DNA of 64,000 nucleotides from Coxiellaceae bacterium UBA1530 (GTDB lineage Bacteria; Pseudomonadota; Gammaproteobacteria; Coxiellales; Coxiellaceae): NCBI GenBank assembly GCA_002323325.1, contig DCQA01000017.1, positions 8,964 to 72,963 of the forward strand, read 5' to 3'. Shown piece by piece: positions 57,215 to 64,000 of this stretch (position 1 is its first letter; each line of letters starts with the position of its first letter). The notes under the pieces were generated by a model. It saw only the letters and a program-made list of their open reading frames with translations, ran no database searches and was not told where the DNA came from. The position numbers and the translations under genes were made by a program.

Positions 57215-58525
57215 ATGACGACACAAGCAAGCACCACTATTGAGAGACAAACACAATTAGCCGTTACCATGATGCTCTGGATAGAATCATACGCGAAAGC
57301 GAAAAAGTCACAAGACACACCTCGTCTTAGAGACTGTCAAAAGACATTAGAAGCTTTACTTGATTCTACCATCGTTGATAATTCGAACCGCATTGAATCT
57401 TTTGAAAAAGAATTTAACAACATCACTCTGAAAAAAAATCCTGGAATAAGGGCACTGAAACAAGAAGACTTAATCGCACTCAGAGAACAGTCCGATCACA
57501 GAGCAAAACCATTCACCTTAACGATGCTAAACAGGTTGATATCTAGCAGCAACATACACACTCATGATCAGAATCTTATAAAGCCTCCCGACATCGAGCC
57601 CATCAAAAATATCATTAAATTATGGTATGCCATACCTGCCTATCAGCTTACTTATGAATCTGCATATCAAGTACCGATGTACAACAGTAAAACGCGGATG
57701 ACATGCGATCAACAATATCAATGTACCTCATCACAAGCCATCGAATATGCAAACTGCATCAGTGAAACATTTATAAATCACCGTGGCACTTTGTCATTGA
57801 AGCAATCTCTTAGCGCACTTAGCACAATAAAAAACTTCATGTTCGATGGACTTAAAAAACGACTGACTGTATCGAAAAAACTGTCATTTGAACGTATCCA
57901 AACTATTTTTTCACGAACATTGCCCGTCGTGCTTGCTGAGATAGAAGCTTATTCTCATACTACGACACAAATCATCAAGTATTTTGGCGCTGTTGATGAT
58001 GAATCTGAAATTATCTTCCATGCTGTATCCTTACTCAGAAAACTCCACGCAATCCCCAATCACATACCGAACTCATCATGGACAGTTAATATCCCGCCAA
58101 AGTTGTTTGATATAAAATCAAACCCAAAAGGCAATTATCTGAATTGTAAACACTATATAGAGCAACGACTCCTCACTATTGAAAAAAATCTAACCGCACA
58201 AAGACAGACTACTCAACAATTACAGAAAATTCGGGTAGAAATGATAGAGACTAATGACCCTTTGATAAAAGGACTACAGGAGCATATCGATAGCTATCGT
58301 GACAAGTTTCAAGAACATATCGATGAAACTCTAGAGATGCTATTGAGTGAAAAAACTGTCTTACAGTTAACACTCAAGGATCTTGATAAAGAATATCATT
58401 CATTAAAAAACGAACAAGTTAGACCGGTTTCAAACGATCAGTGCACATTCTGGCAACAAGTCACTTCCACCCCCCCAATAAAATACCTACAAACCTATCT
58501 GACAGGTCTACCTCTAATGCCATAA
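57215..58525 (+). CDS. hypothetical coiled-coil protein (candidate effector)
   Basis: The ORF opens at GTG 57149; the first ATG is 57215 (MTTQASTTIERQ). About 436 aa. Charged and helical. No domain recognised. AT-rich. Confidence 0.7.
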   Translation: MTTQASTTIERQTQLAVTMMLWIESYAKAKKSQDTPRLRDCQKTLEALLDSTIVDNSNRIESFEKEFNNITLKKNPGIRALKQEDLIALREQSDHRAKPFTLTMLNRLISSSNIHTHDQNLIKPPDIEPIKNIIKLWYAIPAYQLTYESAYQVPMYNSKTRMTCDQQYQCTSSQAIEYANCISETFINHRGTLSLKQSLSALSTIKNFMFDGLKKRLTVSKKLSFERIQTIFSRTLPVVLAEIEAYSHTTTQIIKYFGAVDDESEIIFHAVSLLRKLHAIPNHIPNSSWTVNIPPKLFDIKSNPKGNYLNCKHYIEQRLLTIEKNLTAQRQTTQQLQKIRVEMIETNDPLIKGLQEHIDSYRDKFQEHIDETLEMLLSEKTVLQLTLKDLDKEYHSLKNEQVRPVSNDQCTFWQQVTSTPPIKYLQTYLTGLPLMP

Positions 58526-58647
58526 CAAGCTATTTGAATCCTATTTTTGAAGAACATGATGAGATCAAATCATGATGACGAGCTTGAAAAAACACAACAA
58601 TTTCTAACCTAGTCACTATCCGACATTTCTTCTTGCATTGTCATGAG

Positions 58648-58663
58648 TGTTATAATATAACAT
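58648..58663. promoter_or_regulatory. Zur box (TGTTATAATATAACAT) overlapping a TATAAT -10
   Basis: Perfect 15-bp palindrome TGTTATAATATAACA at 58648-58662. It contains TATAAT (58651-58656) and lies about 80 nt upstream of the COG0523 gene start. Confidence 0.85.
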
Positions 58664-58741
58664 CCTCCTTGTTACAGACCATGACCGACACATAACGCTA
58701 TACAACTACCATCATCTCACCCAACACATTGAGGATTAAAC

Positions 58742-59944
58742 ATGGAAAAACTACCTGTCACTGTGCTCTCAGGCTTCCTAGGCGCAGGAAAAACCACTGT
58801 ATTAACCCATCTTTTAAACAACCGCGAAGATAAAAAAGTGGCGGTGATTGTTAATGATATGAGTGAAATCAATATTGACAAGTCCATGGTCGAAAACGAA
58901 GTATCACTGTCTCGTCAAGAAGAAAAACTGGTCGAAATGAGCAATGGCTGTATTTGCTGCACGTTACGCGAAGATCTTCTCATAGAGGTCACAAAATTAG
59001 CTAAAGAAGGTCGTTTTGACTATTTAGTCATCGAATCAACAGGCATATCCGAACCCCTTCCCGTTGCTGAGACTTTTACCTTCGAAGATGAAGACGGCTT
59101 GTCACTATCCGATGTTGCACGCTTAGATACCATGGTCACAGTCGTTGATGCGGTTAATTTTTTAACTGACTATGATGAAGCCAAACAGTTACAAGATACG
59201 GGTGAGTCGTTAGGTGAAGAAGACGAACGCAGTGTTGCTGATTTATTGGTCGATCAGGTCGAATTTGCCGATGTATTATTGATTAGTAAAACTGATCTCA
59301 TCGATGTAACCAAGCTTGATCGATTGACTGCCATTCTAAAAACACTCAATACACGTGCCAAAATCATCCCTATCGCTAATGGTGATGTGAACATCAATGA
59401 TATTCTCGATACTCAACTGTTTGACTTCGAACAGGCAGAAGCAGCTCCTGGCTGGATGAAAGAAATGCGTGGCGAACACATTCCTGAAACCGAAGAATAC
59501 GGTATTAGCAGTTTTTTCTATCAAGCGCGGAAACCCTTTCATCCCCAAAAATTCCATGATTTTCTTCACAACAAAAATCTTGCTGGAAAATTGATACGCT
59601 CCAAAGGGTATTTTTGGCTTGCCACACGGCCGTTCTTTGCAGGCTACTGGAGTCAGGCTGGTGGTATTGCGCGTTATGGCTTTGCTGGTATGTTTTGGAA
59701 GGCCGTTCCAGAGAAAGATTGGCCACAAGACGAAGAGGCACTACAAGCCATCAAAGAGAACTGGGAAGAACCCTTTGGTGATATGCGACAAGAGCTGGTT
59801 TTCATCGGCCAAGGGCTGGACAAAGATCAAGTAATCGAAGCACTGGATCAATGCCTGCTATCGGATGATGATCTCTTGTTGGGTAGAGATCATTGGGCCA
59901 CTCTTCCTGACCCTTTTCCAGAAGAGTGGAAAGAAGCGGTATAA
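58742..59944 (+). CDS. COG0523-family GTPase (zinc metallochaperone type, YeiR/ZigA-like)
   Basis: 400 aa. Walker [10 protein letters not shown], metal-binding CxCC ([11 protein letters not shown]), [10 protein letters not shown], and SKTD as the NKxD-like motif. Zur box upstream. Confidence 0.92.
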   Translation: MEKLPVTVLSGFLGAGKTTVLTHLLNNREDKKVAVIVNDMSEINIDKSMVENEVSLSRQEEKLVEMSNGCICCTLREDLLIEVTKLAKEGRFDYLVIESTGISEPLPVAETFTFEDEDGLSLSDVARLDTMVTVVDAVNFLTDYDEAKQLQDTGESLGEEDERSVADLLVDQVEFADVLLISKTDLIDVTKLDRLTAILKTLNTRAKIIPIANGDVNINDILDTQLFDFEQAEAAPGWMKEMRGEHIPETEEYGISSFFYQARKPFHPQKFHDFLHNKNLAGKLIRSKGYFWLATRPFFAGYWSQAGGIARYGFAGMFWKAVPEKDWPQDEEALQAIKENWEEPFGDMRQELVFIGQGLDKDQVIEALDQCLLSDDDLLLGRDHWATLPDPFPEEWKEAV

Positions 59945-59969
59945 TTCATCTGTCTTTAAAGGGGTGTGC

Positions 59970-60608
59970 ATGACACTCACGTTGCCACGCCAAATTCGCA
60001 AGGTTACTGAAGCCCGCATGCTATCAGATATCTATCATGATGATATCAACTTGTGTGTTTGGCAGCGCACCCTTGGAAAAATCATTCAAGAAGCTATAGA
60101 CCTCCTGATAAACACTCAACCCCATCTACAACTCTCATTGAGGGTTCAGCCTCACACAGTGCTTGAATCGTTGCATCGTGAAATAGAAATCACCAGTAAC
60201 ATCTCTCCATTGCTTGAAGATATCACAGCGCTTGTTGAAATGTTTTGCTTCTTGTTTGACTTAGAAGAAGCCGGACTTCGATTAACCATTTTACAAGAGG
60301 CAATGTACCCACGCTTTCATGTTGACCGCGTTCCCTGTCGTCTGATTACAACTTATCGAGGTATTACGACACAGTGGTTACCGCAAGACCGGGTTGATCG
60401 TAGTAAACTCGGTGCAGGAAATCAGGGCTTACCTGATACGGCATCTGGAATCTATCAGAACCTACAACACATTGAAACACTCAACACCGGCGATGTTGCT
60501 CTATTAAAAGGTGAGAGCTGGAATGAGAATCAAGGTGGCGGTGTCGTTCACCGTTCTCCTCAGCCAACTCATGAAGAAAGAAGACTCTTAATGACACTAG
60601 ACTTTTAA
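59970..60608 (+). CDS. conserved hypothetical protein (possibly DUF1826-type), co-transcribed with the COG0523 GTPase
   Basis: The ORF opens at 59865, but ATG 59970 is preceded by aaagggg (an SD-like sequence). 212 aa. The motif RFHVDRVPCRLITTYRGITTQWLP recalls the DUF1826 family from memory; this is unverified. Confidence 0.6.
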   Translation: MTLTLPRQIRKVTEARMLSDIYHDDINLCVWQRTLGKIIQEAIDLLINTQPHLQLSLRVQPHTVLESLHREIEITSNISPLLEDITALVEMFCFLFDLEEAGLRLTILQEAMYPRFHVDRVPCRLITTYRGITTQWLPQDRVDRSKLGAGNQGLPDTASGIYQNLQHIETLNTGDVALLKGESWNENQGGGVVHRSPQPTHEERRLLMTLDF

Positions 60609-60635
60609 TGTCTATCTCCATACTGTCATCACACA

Positions 60636-62570
60636 TTATTTAATATTTAACTCTTCAAATTCTGCTAAACACTCAGGGTTAGCCAGCGCCGCCAGGTTCT
60701 CAATTGGCTTTTTTTGTAACGCATGCTTTACGACTTTTTCAGCTAATTTACCACTGGTGGTTTTTGGCAGGTCTTGCACGGCAATAATCCGATAAGGCAC
60801 ATGATGTGAGCTTGCACGTTCTTTAATGGTCGCTTTGATGGTATTTTTCAGGGTGTCATCTAAAGCAACCCCCTTTTCTAATACGACCAATAAAACGATC
60901 TTTTCATCTTGATTCACCGTATAACCAACAGCACATGCTTCTATGATAGCGGAAAGACTGGTTAAGCATTGATAAATTTCAGCCGTCCCTATGCGCACAC
61001 CGCCTGGATTGAGCGTGGTATCTGAGCGACCTAAAATGATCAAACCACCCTGCTCGGTTGTCATGGCATGATCGCCGTGTGCCCACACGTTAGGATAGCG
61101 ATCAAAATAAGCGGCATGATAACGCTCATTGTGGTTATCATTCCAAAACCCTATTGGCATACTCGGAAAGGGCTGGCAACACACTAATTCTCCTGGTGAT
61201 TGTTCAACACGTTTACCCGATGCATTAAACACCTGCACATCCATACCTAACCCCAAACACTGCAACTCACCGCGATAAACGGGCAAATCGGGATGACCTA
61301 GCGCAAAACAAGAGATAATGTCTGTGCCACCTGAGATGGAGGAAACACGTAAATCTGCTTTGACATGTTCGTAAATATAATCAAATACAGGTGGGTTGAG
61401 TGGTGAACCGGTGGTCAGTAAGGTGGTTAACGATGAGAAATTGATCGTTTCATTCAATTTCAGCTTTAAGTGTTGCGAGATATCCATCAAGCGTGCGCCC
61501 AAGCCTAATACCGATACCTGATAACGCTCTACTAAACGGAACACATGATCGGCAGTTGGGTACTGCGGGCAACCATCGTATAATACTAAGGTTGTACCCA
61601 CCGCTAATGCCGATACCATCCAGTTCCACATCATCCAACCACAGGTGGTGTAGAACAATAAGCGATCGGCTGCACTTAAATTCGTGTGTAAATGTAATTC
61701 CTTCAGATGCTGAATTAAGGTTCCACCGGCGCTGTGCACGATACACTTCGGTTTACCCGTGCTACCGGATGAGAACACAATAAAGGCAGGATGATCAAAA
61801 GGTAATGGGGCAAACTGGATTGGTTGATCATTGTAGGGTATCTCATGCCACCCAACAACATGACTTAATGAATGGGCTTCATGATGCTGGTCGCCAACCA
61901 CGACACACTGCTTAAGACTGGGTAATGCCTGCTGTAATTGTTGAAGGGTGTCATGGTGTTGATGAACCTTACCATTGTATTGATGCGATAAAGCGGTGAT
62001 GAGTAACTGAGGCTGAATTTGTTGCAGTCGATCTAACAAACTCGCTACACCAAAATCGGGAGAACACGATGACCAAATCGCACCAATACTCGTGGTGGCT
62101 AACATTGCCACCACTGCTTCTATTCCATTGGGTAACACACCCACGATTCGATCATGCTCCTGAATACCCAGTGACTGAAAATAATGACTCATTCGAGACA
62201 CTTCAGCGCGCAACTCGGCATAAGTGAGTTGCTGCTCCTGCCCTACCTCATTGACAGCGATCACTGCTAGCTGATCGTTGGGTTGCGATAAACAGTGTTG
62301 TGCATAGTTAAGTTGCGCACCGACAAACCATCGCGATTCCATCATGGACTCGCCCTTCACAAAAACGTGTTCAGGTGGATGAGTAAAGCTCAGACCACAA
62401 AAATCCGCTATCGATTGCCAGGCCTCATCCAAGTGCGTAATCGACCACGCATGCAAGTCGGTATAGTGGTCAAAGACCCGTCCAGTGCGTGCTGAGACAG
62501 CGTTTTGAAAAGCCGTCATTGCTGACGGTAAAGCACTCTCTTTTGATGGGACCCATAAGCGTTCACTCAT
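60636..62570 (-). CDS. acetoacetyl-CoA synthetase (AMP-forming acetoacetate-CoA ligase)
   Basis: 644 aa ANL enzyme. FSSGSTGKPKCIVH and GDH...D.GG..ILGRSDTTLNPGGVRIG motifs. The N-terminal ~90 aa (WVPS...FDHYTDLHAWSI) are typical of acetoacetate-CoA ligases. Confidence 0.88.
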   Translation of the reverse strand: MSERLWVPSKESALPSAMTAFQNAVSARTGRVFDHYTDLHAWSITHLDEAWQSIADFCGLSFTHPPEHVFVKGESMMESRWFVGAQLNYAQHCLSQPNDQLAVIAVNEVGQEQQLTYAELRAEVSRMSHYFQSLGIQEHDRIVGVLPNGIEAVVAMLATTSIGAIWSSCSPDFGVASLLDRLQQIQPQLLITALSHQYNGKVHQHHDTLQQLQQALPSLKQCVVVGDQHHEAHSLSHVVGWHEIPYNDQPIQFAPLPFDHPAFIVFSSGSTGKPKCIVHSAGGTLIQHLKELHLHTNLSAADRLLFYTTCGWMMWNWMVSALAVGTTLVLYDGCPQYPTADHVFRLVERYQVSVLGLGARLMDISQHLKLKLNETINFSSLTTLLTTGSPLNPPVFDYIYEHVKADLRVSSISGGTDIISCFALGHPDLPVYRGELQCLGLGMDVQVFNASGKRVEQSPGELVCCQPFPSMPIGFWNDNHNERYHAAYFDRYPNVWAHGDHAMTTEQGGLIILGRSDTTLNPGGVRIGTAEIYQCLTSLSAIIEACAVGYTVNQDEKIVLLVVLEKGVALDDTLKNTIKATIKERASSHHVPYRIIAVQDLPKTTSGKLAEKVVKHALQKKPIENLAALANPECLAEFEELNIK

Positions 62571-62741
62571 CGATCATCCTTAATAGTTATAATATCCGTA
62601 TTCAGTACACAGTGTATGAATAAAACACGTCTAAATCCACATATTAGAAACATCACTAACCACTATACAAATTGTTTACCGTGGTTAGAGTAGTTTTTAA
62701 GAAAGCGCATATAGCTTAGCTTTATTCTATTCTCTAGATGC

Positions 62742-63392
62742 CTAAGAAATGTTACAGGATGGTGCATCAGGATCATGAGAATGATCGACATCTATCATAT
62801 TGCCTGACAGCCTTGAAAATAACCCATTCCTGCTTGATTGAGATCCAAGTTTATAATCAGCTTCCACAACCGTTAAGATATCAATTAAATTAAGAATACC
62901 TTTCTTCGTTAAATCATCTTCAGATCTCTCTAATGTCTCTAATGATTGACGTAAATAACCCATCAATTGAGCTCGACTTCCCGAATCAGAAAAGTTTTCA
63001 ATTGAGTGCAAACATTGCTCTCTTGAGAAACCAGTAACGTTAATAAAGTTTCCCTCACTTAGATGCTCTCTAAGTTTTTTTTGAACAAGACCTTTCCCAC
63101 CTTTGAATAAATCTATTAATACATTATCATTGCGGTTGAGAATCATTGATCCTAGCTCAGATATTTTCATGATTAATTCAAGTTCTTCGATACTTGGAGG
63201 ATCGATATCTGTGTTATGACGTTGATATAGATTTATTAATGCCTGTTTTAATTCAGAATCAATAACAAAACGTTCGCTTCGAATTGCTTCAACAAAAGTA
63301 CAACCATGGTTATTGGCATCAGTTGCAATATCATTATATATTTTTTCTATATTAGGAAAGTGACTCACGGAGGTAACCTCTTTGTTATGCAT
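62742..63392 (-). CDS. hypothetical protein ending in a CaaX-type box (C-N-I-S)
   Basis: 216-aa ORF. AT-rich and helical. C-terminus ...HSHDPDAPSCNIS. PmrA-type box upstream. Confidence 0.7.
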   Translation of the reverse strand: MHNKEVTSVSHFPNIEKIYNDIATDANNHGCTFVEAIRSERFVIDSELKQALINLYQRHNTDIDPPSIEELELIMKISELGSMILNRNDNVLIDLFKGGKGLVQKKLREHLSEGNFINVTGFSREQCLHSIENFSDSGSRAQLMGYLRQSLETLERSEDDLTKKGILNLIDILTVVEADYKLGSQSSRNGLFSRLSGNMIDVDHSHDPDAPSCNIS

Positions 63393-63422
63393 CCATTCGA
63401 TTGATTATCTTACGGCATGCAT

Positions 63423-63452
63423 TTTATACACAAATAATTAAAAAAATATTAA
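63423..63452 (-). promoter_or_regulatory. PmrA-type tandem TTAAT box plus -10 upstream of the 216-aa CaaX ORF
   Basis: Coding strand 63452->63423 reads TTAATATTTTTTTAAT-TATTTGTG-TATAAA. 30 nt separate the -10 from the ATG at 63392. Confidence 0.55.
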
Positions 63453-63555
63453 ATTGACAATTTCTTCTGAAAAAAAAGATTTTTTGTTCATTTTTTCCGT
63501 ACGTCGCCTGTTTATTAATGTTTTCTTTGTGTTTGCTTATAGTTTTCTTAAGGCC

Positions 63556-63786
63556 ATGAAACAGCTATTAATCAGACTTTTAGCAGTTGTGCTGGGTAGT
63601 AAAGTTATGAGTAGTCATGCAAAAGATACTCATCATTCATGGCATACTGAACGATCTAATTCTGGAGTAAACGGGGTGGAAAAAGTAGATAATAATTGGA
63701 ACAAATTAAAAAAAAGAACATTCGGTCGTCGTACAGTATGCACCAACGGTCAACCGGGACATCAAGCAAACTGCGGGAAGAATTAG
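63556..63786 (+). CDS. possible small secreted protein
   Basis: Within ORF 63454-63786, the internal ATG 63556 gives a 76-aa product with a signal-like N-terminus (MKQLLIRLLAVVLGSKVMSSHA), a His/basic-rich mature part and 2 Cys. Support is weak. Confidence 0.3.
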   Translation: MKQLLIRLLAVVLGSKVMSSHAKDTHHSWHTERSNSGVNGVEKVDNNWNKLKKRTFGRRTVCTNGQPGHQANCGKN

Positions 63787-64000
63787 TGAGTGAAAGGTGT
63801 ACCGTAATCCTCTTTCACCGTTGTGCTCATCCTTATTAGCAAACAATGCTTAAGTAGCAATCGCGCTGGGTATTACAGCTGTAAGTAGTGAAGAATAATG
63901 TAATTATTTCATGTAAACGATTAAATGATTAAAAATATTTATAAAGATACAGTAATTAAAGTAATACTCATCTAGTAGCTATCCTTTGAAAAGGGAACTT

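Noticed and set aside
1-64000. I looked for CRISPR arrays, IS elements, transposases, integrases, phage genes, toxin-antitoxin pairs and known defence-system signatures.
   Set aside because: No regularly spaced direct repeats were found, and no ORF had DDE/tyrosine-recombinase or other mobility/defence motifs recognisable by eye. The islets therefore cannot be called mobile elements on present evidence.

Overview
This 64-kb window looks like it comes from a Legionella/Coxiella-type (Legionellales-like) intracellular gammaproteobacterium. That attribution is inferred from gene content only; no database search was possible. The window is a mosaic of two kinds of sequence. (i) Conserved housekeeping blocks: rhodanese plus a HAAAP permease and mutL-amiB-tsaE-nnr with divergent queG (8.1-15.9 kb); pyrF-lapB-lapA-rpsA-cmk-serC-gyrA (23.1-31.6 kb); a methyltransferase, glpG and rsfS-rlmH-mrdA-(dps)-rodA-mltB (31.8-42.6 kb); a DHA2 efflux pump, a Zur regulon and acetoacetyl-CoA synthetase (53-62.6 kb). 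(ii) Visibly more AT-rich islets of orphan or eukaryotic-like ORFs at 1-8.1 kb, 19.4-22.9 kb, 42.6-52.6 kb, 57.2-58.5 kb and 62.7-64 kb. These encode a Ser/Thr kinase, a SET-domain protein, a U-box-like protein, two proteins ending in CaaX-type boxes and large repeat proteins. Four observations stand out. (a) Five islet genes carry the same phased TTAA[T/G]-N6-TTAAT box at a fixed distance from a -10 hexamer, which is the PmrA-type Dot/Icm effector promoter architecture. (b) The zur operon is led by an uncharacterised His/Cys-rich polytopic membrane protein, and the locus contains two identical Zur boxes. (c) A dltA/dltB/dltC-like trio lacks dltD, and its MBOAT reads FWNRYY where the canonical FW(R/N)RWH histidine motif is expected. 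(d) Nested duplication scars bracket a ~6-kb islet encoding a GST-like protein, an IpdC-like decarboxylase, an amidohydrolase and the SET protein. I recognised no rRNA, tRNA, CRISPR, transposase or integrase. All domain calls rest on motifs read by eye.
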